Assembly: GCA_965199685.1 (NCBI GenBank)
Contig: OZ241323.1
Coordinates: 90,619-154,618, forward strand
DNA: 64,000 bases
Source of the DNA: an uncultured candidatus Porisulfidus sp.
Lineage (GTDB): Bacteria > Pseudomonadota > Gammaproteobacteria > Poriferisulfidales > Oxydemutatoraceae
Reading direction: 5' to 3'
A program made the translations under genes and the position numbers. The notes beneath the pieces are model-generated. The model saw only the letters and a program-made list of their open reading frames with translations. It searched no databases and was not told the DNA's origin. Shown one piece after another: positions 10,190 to 21,009 of the stretch (position 1 is its first letter; each line of letters opens with the position of its first letter).

Positions 10190-11506
10190 ATGCCTAAAAT
10201 TGAGGGAAACAAAGCAGCGCCTATCACACCGCACGACAATGCAAGTGATAGTGGACAAGTTCAAAGTGGTACTTTTCAAGATAAAGCGGTTAGCCAACCA
10301 AAACCGCAACAAGCCGAAAGATTTATATCAGCTAGCGAAACGAAGCAGGCTTCGCCTATAAAGCAAGGCAATTCTGCGTTACTATCAGGCAAAGTAAAAG
10401 ATACAAAGTTGGTGGATGATCCCTTCAGTCCTGATTTTGTCGGGCGACCTCGTAGTGGCGCGTTCATAGGACGACCCCATATACCCGATTGGGAAACGCC
10501 CAGCGCGCGACCTCAAACACCAGACTCCCCGCCACCATTGGGACCTAAACCGATACAGCATACCTCGTTGCCGTCGGATGTAAAAAAATCCACTTTGGCA
10601 ATGTTAGAGCAGGGTAAACAACTCGTGGATAAGACCCAAGCATACATCGGCGAATTTCAGAGCGATGCAATGGCAGTAATGCAATACGAGCAGGAGCAAG
10701 AGGAAGGAAAAAAAGAGACAGTATTTAGCAATGCTTCCGATGCGGCTTTAGGCACCTTAAAAAGAAGGGTAACCGAAATGCATCAAGCAAGCGTAGATTC
10801 GCTTGACGCACAACTTCTGAAATTATCAAGAGGGCTTGATGAGGCCAGGAGTACCAACATGTTATCAGGCAGGCTTGCCGAGGATGTAGATAAACAAATA
10901 GCAGAGCTTCAAAGTACAAAAAGCTCTTTGTTTAGGATGAGTAAAAGTTTGCGCGATATAAAAACACAGGTTGAAACCAGTCCACATTTTATTATGGAAA
11001 AAATTGACGAAAACGAAGCCGATACAATGATAGTAAGCCTATCCAATGCTCACAATAAGGGCGATGAAATGTCCAAGGAACTTAGCAGTATAAATAACCG
11101 GATTGTATCGTTAAAAAAAGATATTGGTGGACTATCTGAATATATGTCAATAGGGGATTATGAGCGTGCTGTTTATGAGATTAAGGGAGGCATCAACGAC
11201 CTAGGAAAAAGATTTCAAGAACTGCAGCAAAACGCAGAAGACTCCAAGAAATTAATGGGAAGGCTTCGTCAGAGTATTGATGAATATGTGGAATCAAAGG
11301 CTGGTAGTGAATCTTTTACCGACCCTCAGGCTACTACAGGTTCGTCTTCGATATCTTTCGGGGCAACACCAATTACCGAAGCTACATCTCTGCATCATAT
11401 TTATGATAAGACGGTTGAGCAAAACGATAAAATTCTTGGTGAAATTAAAGGATACGAAGGGCGATTAACAGAATTAGTAAGGCAATTGAGATTGACTCAG
11501 AGGTAA
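10190..11506 (+). CDS. Hypothetical protein; Pro-rich disordered N-terminus, coiled-coil C-terminal half
   Basis: Strong RBS AGGAGGGGG. No signal peptide or TM segment. Low-complexity P/S/Q-rich first ~130 aa, then heptad-rich region. No family recognised. Confidence 0.55.
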   Translation: MPKIEGNKAAPITPHDNASDSGQVQSGTFQDKAVSQPKPQQAERFISASETKQASPIKQGNSALLSGKVKDTKLVDDPFSPDFVGRPRSGAFIGRPHIPDWETPSARPQTPDSPPPLGPKPIQHTSLPSDVKKSTLAMLEQGKQLVDKTQAYIGEFQSDAMAVMQYEQEQEEGKKETVFSNASDAALGTLKRRVTEMHQASVDSLDAQLLKLSRGLDEARSTNMLSGRLAEDVDKQIAELQSTKSSLFRMSKSLRDIKTQVETSPHFIMEKIDENEADTMIVSLSNAHNKGDEMSKELSSINNRIVSLKKDIGGLSEYMSIGDYERAVYEIKGGINDLGKRFQELQQNAEDSKKLMGRLRQSIDEYVESKAGSESFTDPQATTGSSSISFGATPITEATSLHHIYDKTVEQNDKILGEIKGYEGRLTELVRQLRLTQR

Positions 11507-11574
11507 AAGGGAATTCAGGTAGCCTCAGATTTGAGATTGGATAAAGTGAAATATAAGCCCATTGAAAAAGCAAT

Positions 11575-11712
11575 ATTCCCCTCCTGTGGAGGGGTGTCAG
11601 GTCTATGCATTTTGTAATGCATGCGTTTAACAATCATGTTGGGATTCTGCACAATGTCACGCCGATTGACCTACTGGGTCAATCGGCGGTTCTATTTTTC
11701 AACAGCTCCAAA
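11575..11712. repeat. MITE/REP-like element module
   Basis: Hairpin CCCCTCCTGTGGAGGGG at 11577, ATGCATTTTGTAATGCAT, CGCCGATTGACCTACTGGGTCAATCGGCG, ending TTTTTCAACAGCTCC. Confidence 0.65.
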
Positions 11713-11776
11713 TGGTTTGGAATTATCATGATTTTAGATTATTATATGCGTCTTTAATCCTAATCACCTCATCAAA

Positions 11777-13324
11777 ATGAAAATAGCAGTCCTAAAGGAA
11801 ATTCAGGCCGGGGAACGTCGCGTCGCTGCATCTCCGGACAGCATACGCCATTTCATCAAATTGGGCTATGAGGTGGTTGTAGAGCAGGGTGCCGGTGAAG
11901 CAGCCGACTTCAGCGACGATGTTTACAAAGAAGCCGGTGCCGAGATAGCATCCGATACGAATGCACTCTGGCAACAAAGCGACATCATATTAAAAGTCAA
12001 AGGACCTACGCCGCAAGAAGCCGAATTAATCAGTGCCAATACGGTGCTGATTTGCTTCATCTGGCCGGCGCAAAACAAAGCATTGCTGGAAAAACTTAAA
12101 GCTCAAGGTGCGACGGTATTAGCGATGGATCAGGTGCCGCGCATCACCCGTGCACAGAAGCTTGATGCATTGAGCTCAATGGCAAATATCGGGGGTTATC
12201 GCGCGGTGGTGGAGGCAGCAAACCACTTCACTCGGTTTTTCAGTGGTCAAAGCACCGCAGCGGGTCGGGCAGCCCCCGCCAAAGTATTGGTCATTGGGGC
12301 TGGTGTTGCCGGCCTTGCCGCAATAGGTGCGGCGCGTTCTATGGGGGCTATCGTGCGTGCCTTTGATACGCGCCCTGAAGTCGCACAGCAAATAGAAAGT
12401 ATGGGGGGAGAATTCTTAACCATCAATATGGAAGAGTTGGGTAGCGGTAGCGGCGGTTATGCCAAACAAATGAGTGATGCATTTCTGGAAGCTGAGCGTG
12501 AACTCTTCTTAGAGCAAGCCAAAGAAGTTGATATCATCATCACCACCGCATTGATTCCCGGTAAACTGGCACCGCAGTTGATTAGCGAAGATGCGGTTAA
12601 AGCACTGAAAGCCGGTAGCGTGATCGTTGACCTTGCCGCCGAGCAGGGTGGTAATTGCGAGTTGACTGAAGCTGATAAAGCGTTAGTCAAACACGAAGTT
12701 ACGATCATTGGATACACCAACCTCCCAAGTCGTATGGCATCTCAATCAAGCCGTTTTTACGCAGCTAATTTACAACACTTGCTAAACGATATGACTCCGG
12801 AAAAGGACGGCAAATTGGTAATTGACTTGGAAGATCAAATCGCACGCAACATGATAATAACGCATAAAGCCGAGATACTCTGGCCGCCACCTGAGAGTGC
12901 ACGACCGGCACCCCCTCCGCCACCTAAACCCAAAGCGGCTGAAGTTGTTGCCGAGCAACCCACTGAACCGCCGCGTAAAAGGTTATTCAAGAATTTGCTG
13001 TATTTGGTCATCGGCGGAGGTGCTTTGCTGGCTCTGGGGCAGGTAGCCCCCGACTCGTTTATGGCTCATTTCACCGTATTTGTGCTTGCCTGTTTCGTAG
13101 GCTGGCAGGTGATTTGGAATGTCACACCGGCACTGCATACGCCATTGATGAGTGTTACCAATGCGATTAGCGGCATCATCATCATTGGGGCTTTGGTTCA
13201 AACCGTCAGCACAACTTCGGTTGTTCTATGGTTGGCGATCATTGCAGTTTTTGTTGCGATGATCAATGTTGCCGGCGGATTTTTGGTTACCTACCGAATG
13301 TTGAAGATGTTCCGCAAGAGTTAA
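11777..13324 (+). CDS. pntA: NAD(P) transhydrogenase subunit alpha
   Basis: AlaDH/PNT N- and C-domains ([18 protein letters not shown] Rossmann motif) plus a C-terminal 4-TM segment. Length as E. coli PntA. Confidence 0.9.
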   Translation: MKIAVLKEIQAGERRVAASPDSIRHFIKLGYEVVVEQGAGEAADFSDDVYKEAGAEIASDTNALWQQSDIILKVKGPTPQEAELISANTVLICFIWPAQNKALLEKLKAQGATVLAMDQVPRITRAQKLDALSSMANIGGYRAVVEAANHFTRFFSGQSTAAGRAAPAKVLVIGAGVAGLAAIGAARSMGAIVRAFDTRPEVAQQIESMGGEFLTINMEELGSGSGGYAKQMSDAFLEAERELFLEQAKEVDIIITTALIPGKLAPQLISEDAVKALKAGSVIVDLAAEQGGNCELTEADKALVKHEVTIIGYTNLPSRMASQSSRFYAANLQHLLNDMTPEKDGKLVIDLEDQIARNMIITHKAEILWPPPESARPAPPPPPKPKAAEVVAEQPTEPPRKRLFKNLLYLVIGGGALLALGQVAPDSFMAHFTVFVLACFVGWQVIWNVTPALHTPLMSVTNAISGIIIIGALVQTVSTTSVVLWLAIIAVFVAMINVAGGFLVTYRMLKMFRKS

Positions 13325-13338
13325 GAGATTTGTAGACG

Positions 13339-14718
13339 ATGATTAGTCAAGGATTGATTACTATGTCGTACGTCATCGCCGGCGTATTTTTTATTTTGAG
13401 CTTGGGTGGATTGAGCCATCAAGAAACCGCTCGGCGTGGAAATTTCTTCGGCATTGCCGGGATGCTCATCGCCTTGACGATGACCTTGCTGGCCTTACAA
13501 CTGATACGCTGGGAGTATCTGCTACCAGTAATGCTTGTTGGTGCCGCGATAGGTGCCTTTGTTGCCAGTCGCGTGGAAATGGTGCAGATGCCGCAACTGG
13601 TTGCTTTGTTGCACAGCTTTGTCGGGATTGCAGCGGTATTGGTGGGCTATGCGAATCACTTGGATCCGACGATTCAATATACTGGTGTTGAACGCACCAT
13701 ACACTCAGTGGAAATATATTTGGGTGTATTCATCGGTGCGATAACCTTCACTGGTTCGGTCGTTGCTTTCGGAAAACTGCAAGGTGTTTTTTCAAGCAAA
13801 CCGTTGATGTTGCCGGGGCGACATATGATAAACCTTGCCATTGTTATTGTTTCGGTTATTTTGTGTTATCTGTTTTTAGCTACCGATAGCAATATCGCAT
13901 GGATCAGTTTGTTGATAATGACTGCGCTGGCTTTGTTGTTGGGTGTCTTTTTGATCGCTGCAATCGGCGGTGCCGACATGCCCATAGTCGTATCCATGTT
14001 GAATAGCTATTCGGGCTGGGCAGCTGCGGTTACCGGCTTTATGCTGAACAACGATTTGCTGATTATCACTGGTGCTTTGGTAGGTTCCAGCGGTGCTATT
14101 CTGAGTTACATCATGTGCCGTGCGATGAACCGCAGTTTTATTAGCGTAATACTCGGCGGCTTCGGTGGTAGTCCAGTTGCCGGTAGCGATGTAGGGGGCG
14201 ACGTTAAGGAAATACTTGCCGACGAAACCGCCCGAGTACTCAACGAGGCATCTACGGTTGTGATCGTCCCCGGCTACGGCATGGCGGTGGCACGCGCACA
14301 AAATGCGGTTAGTGAGCTTGTCAGATTGTTGCGCGAAAAAAACATCAATGTGCGGTTTGCAATACATCCGGTTGCTGGCCGTCTACCCGGACACATGAAT
14401 ATCTTGCTTGCCGAAGCCGATGTGCCGTACGATATCGTCCTGGAGATGGATGAAATCAACCCTGATATGCCCAACACTGATGTGGTTATGGTCGTAGGCG
14501 CCAACGATATCGTCAACCCGCTTTCCGAAGACCCCGACAGCCTTATCGCCGGGATGCCGGTTATAGAAGTCTGGAAAGCGTCAACCGTCATCGTGTTCAA
14601 GCGTAGTATGGCAACCGGCTATGCGGGCATAGACAACCCACTATTCTTTAACGACAACACGCGTATGCAATTCGGCGATGCCGAAGCCAGCGTACGAGCG
14701 ATCCTCCAAAACATCTAA
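13339..14718 (+). CDS. pntB: NAD(P) transhydrogenase subunit beta
   Basis: N-terminal TM domain plus C-terminal NADP(H)-binding domain ([19 protein letters not shown]). N-terminus [15 protein letters not shown] aligns with E. coli PntB MSGGLVTAAYIVAA. Confidence 0.9.
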   Translation: MISQGLITMSYVIAGVFFILSLGGLSHQETARRGNFFGIAGMLIALTMTLLALQLIRWEYLLPVMLVGAAIGAFVASRVEMVQMPQLVALLHSFVGIAAVLVGYANHLDPTIQYTGVERTIHSVEIYLGVFIGAITFTGSVVAFGKLQGVFSSKPLMLPGRHMINLAIVIVSVILCYLFLATDSNIAWISLLIMTALALLLGVFLIAAIGGADMPIVVSMLNSYSGWAAAVTGFMLNNDLLIITGALVGSSGAILSYIMCRAMNRSFISVILGGFGGSPVAGSDVGGDVKEILADETARVLNEASTVVIVPGYGMAVARAQNAVSELVRLLREKNINVRFAIHPVAGRLPGHMNILLAEADVPYDIVLEMDEINPDMPNTDVVMVVGANDIVNPLSEDPDSLIAGMPVIEVWKASTVIVFKRSMATGYAGIDNPLFFNDNTRMQFGDAEASVRAILQNI

Positions 14719-14721
14719 CCA

Positions 14722-15400
14722 TTCCCCATTTGTAGGGGCGCGGATCATTCCCCTCCTCTGGAGGGGTGGCAGGCTTATGCATTTTGTAATGTATGCGTTT
14801 AGCAATCATGTTGGTGTTCTGCATAATGTCACGCTGATTGACCTGCTGGATCAATTGGCGGTTCTATCTGACGGGGTGGTTGCTAAGTATCTGCACAAAC
14901 GAAATCGTACACCACCTAATTCACGCAAACGGTAGGGGAGGGCTAGCATGCCCTCCCTAAAGTACCGTTCTGCACAAATCCAACCGCTACGCGCCATCAA
15001 ATTTAGGATAACCCATGTCGGGTACTCGTACCGTCCCAACCGCTTGCACCACTTGGTTTTGGTTCCCATAAATTGGATGGCGTACGAAGGATAATGTACG
15101 AATCTAGCAATCAAGTTAAAGTTCTGCATGATGTCACGCCGATTGACCTACTGGCTCAATCGGCGGTTCTACTTGTGCAGACGCAACGCGTTTTGGGAGG
15201 GCATGTGGGGCTGTTGAAAAAGTACCTGCATTAGTACATTCCCCTCCTGTGGAGGGGTGGCAGGCGAAGCCTGACGGGGTGGTTGTGGTGGTTCTGCACT
15301 AGACAATTATCCCTTACGAGTGCATGAAACACTTTTTCAACAGCCCCATGTTAGCCCTCCCCTACGGCTCAAGGATACTTTTTCCACAGCCTCAACCAAA
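14722..15400. repeat. Cluster of MITE/REP-like elements, including a canonical 141-bp MITE at 15207..15347
   Basis: 15207..15347 is bounded by GGGGCTGTTGAAAAAGT and ACTTTTTCAACAGCCCC and contains the hairpin CCCCTCCTGTGGAGGGG. Nearly identical to the inserted copies at 39520..39660 and 51895..52035. Confidence 0.75.
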
Positions 15401-15471
15401 AATTTTGTATAATGTGAGAGTAGGTTCATACGATTAACTTAGCATAGTGATATAAATCAAGGAGATTAGAA

Positions 15472-16206
15472 ATGTTCAAACATAGCTTTTACATTGTACC
15501 GGTTATCGCCATTTTAGCTGCTCTCAGTTGGAAATACGCAACGACGATGACACCAGCGGACAAAGAGATTCCCGAGCAGAGAGCTGAAATACTCGCTCCC
15601 GGCTGGGGTGAGTTAGATTTCACACCGCCTGAGGTTGGCACTTATGGATTGCCGCGTCTCAAAAAAGCAAGCGGTGGCAAGATTTTGTTAAGCAATGGCG
15701 ACGAGGCAAATCTGGATGAGTTCATAGGAGACAAAGCTGTGTTGCTATCTTTTATCTATACCAGTTGTTCGGATGTCAACGGCTGTCCTTTGACAACCTT
15801 CGTGATGCATAAAATGAACAAGGCCTTAAAAGAAAATCAGGCAATGAACGACGACATACGTCTGATCACATTGAGCTTTGACCCGGAGCGGGATACCCCT
15901 GATGCGATGAAATCCTATGGCGAAGATTTCAAGAGAGACAGTGCCGTGGAGTGGGTATTTGCGACGACCCATTCGCAAGAACAACTAGACCCTATACTCA
16001 ATGAATACGGACAGTTTGTATTCAAAACCGTTGAAAAAGAGGGCGATACCGAAAAAGTAAACTTTGCCCATGTATTAAAGTCCTTTTTAATAGACAAACA
16101 AGGCTATATACGAAACATCTATAGCGTTAGTTATCTACACCCTACTATTGTCCTAAACGATATCAAAACCATACTGCAAGAAAGTGGTCCGCAAGCGAGC
16201 GGATGA
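15472..16206 (+). CDS. SCO1/SenC-like thioredoxin-fold protein
   Basis: N-terminal signal/anchor. Cys pair CSDVNGCP in the position of the SCO CxxxC motif, downstream conserved His (FAHVLKSFLIDKQG). Precedes and overlaps a cytochrome c peroxidase gene. Confidence 0.55.
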   Translation: MFKHSFYIVPVIAILAALSWKYATTMTPADKEIPEQRAEILAPGWGELDFTPPEVGTYGLPRLKKASGGKILLSNGDEANLDEFIGDKAVLLSFIYTSCSDVNGCPLTTFVMHKMNKALKENQAMNDDIRLITLSFDPERDTPDAMKSYGEDFKRDSAVEWVFATTHSQEQLDPILNEYGQFVFKTVEKEGDTEKVNFAHVLKSFLIDKQGYIRNIYSVSYLHPTIVLNDIKTILQESGPQASG

Positions 16207-17474
16207 ATAGGCGTGTTCTTGTCTTAAACACGCTCGGCGGCATCGCCGCCGTTACATTACTCTCAGTAGCTTGGTCGGCAGACCAGAGATTGCCGCGCTC
16301 AGGTGATGTGCGCGACGGCTATGAGTCATCCGATTATGTAAGCCAAACCCAGAGCCTGATGGAACGGGTTGGTGTGGCAGCCGATCTTTACAAAATAGCC
16401 ACTGCACCGCAACTCGGCATACCTTCGCTACAACATCCGACTGACAATCCGCTCAGCCGTGCTGCGATTGAACTCGGCAGGCGATTATTTTTTGACAGAC
16501 GGTTGTCAATCAACGACACGATGTCGTGTGCTGGTTGTCATGTGCCCGAAATGGGTTTTGCCAATAACGAACATCAAACCTCGGTTGGTGTAGAAGGACG
16601 CAGTGTGCGGCGCAACGCTCCGACGATACTCAATGTTGCCTATAAGACGATGCTATTCCACGACGGAAGAGAATCCACACTGGAAAACCAAGTATGGATA
16701 CCACTGTTGAAACGCAACGAAATGGCAAATCCTTCCATAGGTTATGTGATACAAAAAATCAACAACATCAAAGATTATGATGGTTTGTTTGAAAAGGCAT
16801 TCGGTCGCTCGGCTTCTATGGAGACGATAGGCATGGCACTCGCCCAATATCAGCGCACGCTGATCTCGGCAAACTCCCGTTTTGATCGCTGGCACTACGG
16901 CGATGAAAAAGCGTTGTTGGACGAAGAAGAACAACTTGGCTTTGAGGTGTTCACCGGCAAAGGACTTTGCTCTGCGTGTCATTTAATTGGTGAGGAATAC
17001 GCATTGTTCACCGACAACTTACTGCATAATACTGGTCTGGGTTACGATATTGCGATGAGTAAGGAACCTCCGACGCATCGTGTGCAACTAGCCCCTGGCG
17101 TTTTCGTAGATGTCAAAAGCGAGTTAATCAATGCGGTATCACAAACCCGGCAAACGATGAGAAACGATTTAGGACGCTACGAAGTGACCGAAGACCCTGA
17201 TGATTTGTGGAAATATCTAACACCTACACTGCGTAATATAGAACTCAGCGCACCGTATATGCACAACGGTCAACTGGCAACCTTAGAAGAGGTTATTGAC
17301 TTTTACGATAAAGGCGGCATACAAAACCCTAGGTTGAGTCCGCTGATTAAGGCATTAGCACTTAATCAACAAGAAAAGCAGGGGTTGGTTGCGTTTCTTA
17401 AAACTTTAACTGGTGCCAACGTGGCCGAACTCACCCACGACGCATTCGCCGCACCAATCGGCGACACACAATGA
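16203..17474 (+). CDS. Di-haem cytochrome c peroxidase (CCP/MauG family)
   Basis: Two CxxCH haem motifs (CAGCHVPEMGF; CSACHLIGEEYALFTDNLLHNTGLG) and a signal peptide. 4-nt overlap with the upstream gene. Confidence 0.85.
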   Translation: MNRRVLVLNTLGGIAAVTLLSVAWSADQRLPRSGDVRDGYESSDYVSQTQSLMERVGVAADLYKIATAPQLGIPSLQHPTDNPLSRAAIELGRRLFFDRRLSINDTMSCAGCHVPEMGFANNEHQTSVGVEGRSVRRNAPTILNVAYKTMLFHDGRESTLENQVWIPLLKRNEMANPSIGYVIQKINNIKDYDGLFEKAFGRSASMETIGMALAQYQRTLISANSRFDRWHYGDEKALLDEEEQLGFEVFTGKGLCSACHLIGEEYALFTDNLLHNTGLGYDIAMSKEPPTHRVQLAPGVFVDVKSELINAVSQTRQTMRNDLGRYEVTEDPDDLWKYLTPTLRNIELSAPYMHNGQLATLEEVIDFYDKGGIQNPRLSPLIKALALNQQEKQGLVAFLKTLTGANVAELTHDAFAAPIGDTQ

Positions 17475-17506
17475 CATTGTGAAGAACCGCAACATAACTT
17501 ATGAAA

Positions 17507-17675
17507 TGTAGGGGTGGATCATTCCCCTCCTGTGGAGGAGTGGCAGGCCTATGCACTTTGTGATGCACGCGTTTAGCAATTATGTTAAGGTTCTGCACGG
17601 TGTCACGCCGATTGACCCACTGGCTCAATCGGCGGTTCTATCTGACGGGGTGGTTTTTTGCGTACCTACCATTTG
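17507..17675. repeat. MITE/REP-like element module
   Basis: Hairpin CCCCTCCTGTGGAGGAG plus ATGCACTTTGTGATGCAC plus CGCCGATTGACCCACTGGCTCAATCGGCG. Confidence 0.65.
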
Positions 17676-17768
17676 ACCGTATTCCCAAATTTAGCACTCA
17701 TCTTAAAGTCAATTTTCCTGATGAGCATTTTTATGTAAAATCACGACCGCCGAAGTTCTGAGACTATT

Positions 17769-18101
17769 TTAGAGGAATTTAATCACTCCGACGGCAATGC
17801 TAACAACAATTACAATCAGCCAACGTAAGTACTTCAACTCAGTTCGTATCTCTCGTATGTCGGCCTTTACTTCCGCTATATCAGTCTTTACCTCTGCTAC
17901 CTCTGCTTTTACCCCCGCTATATCAGCTTTGGTTGCCATATCTTTGATATCAGCTTTCGTTTCGGCTTTTAGTTCTATGATATCTGTCTTAGTTGCTATG
18001 TTCTTTGAACTCGCAACATCGGCTACGGCTTCTTTTGCCTCGTCATGATTGAGTCCTAATTTAGTAAGTGCATTGTATAGTGCGATTTCTGACATCTCCA
18101 T
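17769..18101 (-). CDS. DUF1640-like small coiled-coil protein with C-terminal TM anchor (copy 1 of 3)
   Basis: IALYNALTKLGLNHDEAKEAVADV..ATKTDIIELKAETKADIKDMATKADI.. periodic K(A/T)DI repeats then a hydrophobic tail. Paralogs at 38928..39251 and 44895..45191. Confidence 0.6.
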   Translation of the reverse strand: MEMSEIALYNALTKLGLNHDEAKEAVADVASSKNIATKTDIIELKAETKADIKDMATKADIAGVKAEVAEVKTDIAEVKADIREIRTELKYLRWLIVIVVSIAVGVIKFL

Positions 18102-18382
18102 TTACTCCTATGTTTATATATGTGCAGCATATCACATACCGACACTTGGTTACCCCGCAAGTACCCAAAGTCATCAGTGGCTGTCGCCGGGGTGACCTTG
18201 AGCTATCTGCGTTCGCAAAGTCGCTTGGTATGGATGAACAAGCGGAACCAGTTTACGGATAGATCTGCTGAAATTGACTGGTTTGGTTTCAAAGAGGCAG
18301 TGAAAACTACATTTTTAGACATCTTCAAAGTGAAAGTGACCAGAAGTGGCAAGACAAAAATAGAGGAGATATGTATCTGGCA

Positions 18383-18958
18383 TTATTCAGCAGGTGCTTT
18401 AAGTAAGGTGTCTGGGCTTCTATCTTCTTCTCCTGCTTGCAGTTCTTCTGGCTTATCAAGAAGTTTAAAACTTCCTCCCATTTCTATAAATACTGGCCCA
18501 CGCCAATTCCCATCCTTAGCTAAAAATATAGCTTCGACATACGTTGCTGCAGGAGCAGTAATGAGGCTACATCTTTCTAGTGCATTCCAAGGGCAATTCT
18601 CTTCTCCATTTTCATGAGAAATTAGTCTTTCTCTAATTGGTAAGGTATATTCTTCTGCTATTTTATGAAATATGACCTCTGTATTTTCAAAATAGCACCC
18701 TTCTTCATTAGAAACGAGTTCAAGAACCCTAGGAGTTCCGGTGTATATTACTTTTTTATTTTCTACTTGAGAGCACCGAATCCTATGAAGCTTTTCTATT
18801 CCTTCTTTGGTGCAAATAATAAATCCATCACCACTTTCAATTGGGTATTTATATCTTGTGTTTTTATGCTCTGCTATAGCACTAAGAGAGAAGAGTAGAA
18901 GAGAAAGAGCTAGTAAAGTGCTTTTAAAAAAATTTAATGAAAACAAGTAGTTAAGCAT
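18383..18958 (-). CDS. Secreted 4-Cys domain protein, short form (family copy S1)
   Basis: Signal peptide MLNYLFSLNFFKSTLLALSLLLFSLSAIA, then a ~150-aa domain with conserved C (IICTK), EEGCYFE, NCPW, ERC. Conserved upstream region with GGAGAAAAG RBS. Confidence 0.7.
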   Translation of the reverse strand: MLNYLFSLNFFKSTLLALSLLLFSLSAIAEHKNTRYKYPIESGDGFIICTKEGIEKLHRIRCSQVENKKVIYTGTPRVLELVSNEEGCYFENTEVIFHKIAEEYTLPIRERLISHENGEENCPWNALERCSLITAPAATYVEAIFLAKDGNWRGPVFIEMGGSFKLLDKPEELQAGEEDRSPDTLLKAPAE

Positions 18959-19065
18959 AATTCCGCTTTTCTCCTAATGGATAACAATAGCAATGTAGTT
19001 AGAATACGATATTTGATGTGAATAGTCAATTTATTGTACGATGCTTGTCAACCCAAAGTTGAAAT

Positions 19066-19420
19066 ATGGGACTGTTGAGAAAGTATTCTTGAGCCGTAGG
19101 GGAGGGCTAACATGCCCTCCCGAAACGCGATGCGCTTGCACAAGTAGAATCGCCGATTGAACCAGTAGGTCAATCGGCGTGACATTGTTCAGAACCTTAA
19201 CAACCACCCCGTCAGGCTTCGCCTGCCACCCCTCCACAGGAGGGGAATGTACTAATGCAGACACTTTTTCAACAGCCCGATGTTAGCCCTCCCCTACAGT
19301 TGGTTACCATAAGTTTAATGGCGCAAGCGGTTACGTTTGAGCCAGTAGGTTAATCGGCAATTTAATAAGTCTGCCCCTACAGGGGGTTGAGGGGAATTAA
19401 CTGATGCAGACACAACGCGT
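19066..19420. repeat. MITE/REP-like elements (long ~210-bp variant)
   Basis: GGGACTGTTGAGAAAGT..hairpin..ACTTTTTCAACAGCCCG. Same as 34225..34436. Confidence 0.65.
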
Positions 19421-19479
19421 TAGGGTAGACATGCAAGTCTGCCCCTACTGGTGTAGGTTACGTTGCGATTCTGATGGGT

Positions 19480-19508
19480 TTGACACCTTGAAGGTGCGGT
19501 CTTATGCT
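19480..19508 (+). promoter_or_regulatory. Candidate sigma70 promoter (TTGACA-17-TATGCT) heading a conserved ~160-nt leader of the long-form genes
   Basis: Same promoter and leader repeated at 23616..23644, ~27500, ~28960 and ~34670 upstream of each long-form paralog. Confidence 0.5.
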
Positions 19509-19667
19509 GTTATTATGTGTGGAAATTAATAGCTTTCGGGTTGCTAGAACCTATAAGCTGGGCAAGATTTTGAGAAATGCAATTTTAGAGTGACCGAATA
19601 GACCATAGAAGTACGGTGATCTCAAGCGAGTAGTGATTGCTAAAATCATATGTTTAATGGAGGAAAA

Positions 19668-20534
19668 ATGAACAGAGAAAACATGATGGCCGATATACAA
19701 AAAGACTGGGATGAAAACCCTCACTGGGAAAACATCAAACGCACCTGCGGTGTGGCAGATGTCGCCCGCTTGAGTGGTTCGCTACATCAAGCGTATGCTG
19801 ATGCGCGTTTGGGGTTGGAGAAATTATGGAACTTGTTAAAGGAAGGATCCAAAACAAACGGAGTTGTCAGGCTGTCTTTGATTACCATTATTTTGACTTT
19901 GGTCGTAGCGATAGGTGGTTGTAGCACTGCTTCCCAATATCAATACAATGAAAGGGAGGAGTATAACGATGAGGAAGGAGTAGAGCAAGACCAGGAAGAG
20001 GAATCTAAGCAGGATCAGAAAGCAGCTGAGCAAGGAGATGCAGCGGCTCAAAAAAAAGATATAGCGGTTTACAAAAACACAAAGTATATAAGTCCAGACG
20101 GTGGATTTGTTATTTGCACTAAATCAGGAATAGAAAAGCTTTATAAGAAAAGGCTCTCTCAAATAGAAAAGGGAGAAGTAATATACACCGGAGTTCCTAG
20201 GGTTCTTGAGCTAGTTTCTAATGAAGAAGGGTGCTATTTTGAAGATAGAACGGTCGTATTTATTAGAATGGCAGAGGAATATGCCTTACCAATTAGAAAA
20301 AGACCAGTTACCCATGAAGAAGGAGAAGAGCCTTGCCCTTGGAATGCACTAGAAAGATGTAAACGAGTTATTGCTCCTGCAGCAACGTATGTCGAAGCTG
20401 AATTTCTATATGACAATGGCAAATGGTATGGAGGCGTATTTATAGAAATGGGATGGAATTTTGAGCTTCTTGATAGGCCAGAGGATACGCAAGCTGGAGA
20501 AGATAGAACTCCCAATAATACTCTATCTCAATAA
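19668..20534 (+). CDS. Membrane-anchored 4-Cys domain protein, long form (family copy L1)
   Basis: RBS GGAGGAAAAATG. Conserved N-terminal ~65-aa cytoplasmic module (MNRENMMADIQKDW..), one TM/lipobox-like segment (LSLITIILTLVVAIGGC), acidic linker, then the same 4-Cys domain as the short forms. ORF track starts at 19650. Confidence 0.7.
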   Translation: MNRENMMADIQKDWDENPHWENIKRTCGVADVARLSGSLHQAYADARLGLEKLWNLLKEGSKTNGVVRLSLITIILTLVVAIGGCSTASQYQYNEREEYNDEEGVEQDQEEESKQDQKAAEQGDAAAQKKDIAVYKNTKYISPDGGFVICTKSGIEKLYKKRLSQIEKGEVIYTGVPRVLELVSNEEGCYFEDRTVVFIRMAEEYALPIRKRPVTHEEGEEPCPWNALERCKRVIAPAATYVEAEFLYDNGKWYGGVFIEMGWNFELLDRPEDTQAGEDRTPNNTLSQ

Positions 20535-20952
20535 CTACCAAACTGCACTTTTAGCTAGCCTTACAGAACTCCAAGAAGCCCTTGATAGGCTAAAAGGTGC
20601 CAAAGCTCAATTCCCCGGACACTGCGTAGCCATGGATACCATCCATCATTTTGCTAAGCAGACGCGCTACTATGTGTTTACTGCGATTGATCACTACAGC
20701 CGTTTCTCCATGGCGATTACCTGCCGACGCACCAGCAGTAAAAATGCTACAGCATTTGCAAAGTGGGTGCATACGGTATTCCCCGGCAACATCTCTCAAG
20801 TACTGACCGATAACGGCAGCGAGTTTCAGGGAGACTTCGATGCTTCTCTACAGCAACAACATATCAAACACTGCTATACTTATCCTCGTTGCCCGAAAAT
20901 GAATGCCATAGACGACTTGTCTAATATGTCATGGCATCGTACAATAAATTGA
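20461..20952 (+). pseudogene. IS481-family transposase internal (DDE core) fragment fused to the 3' end of the long-form gene
   Basis: 20585..20935 matches residues ~185-305 of the full transposase at 40267..41355 (AKAQFPGHCVAMDTIH..TDNGSEF..). It has an internal ~190-bp deletion (..MNAIDD|LSNMSWHRT). Confidence 0.7.
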
Positions 20953-21009
20953 CTATTTGCATCAAATAATATATTCTCTATATTGTTATCCATTAGGAGA
21001 AAAAGTGAA

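Noticed and set aside
13876-14600. Minus-strand ORFs inside pntB, and similar antisense ORFs inside tuf, fusA, rplC/rplD (55573..56094, 57327..58290)
   Set aside because: Embedded in highly conserved genes on the opposite strand.
18120-18617. 165-aa plus-strand ORF (and its paralog 39218..39529)
   Set aside because: Overlaps the 3' part of a short-form gene in antisense. Its conservation follows from the segmental duplication, not independent coding.
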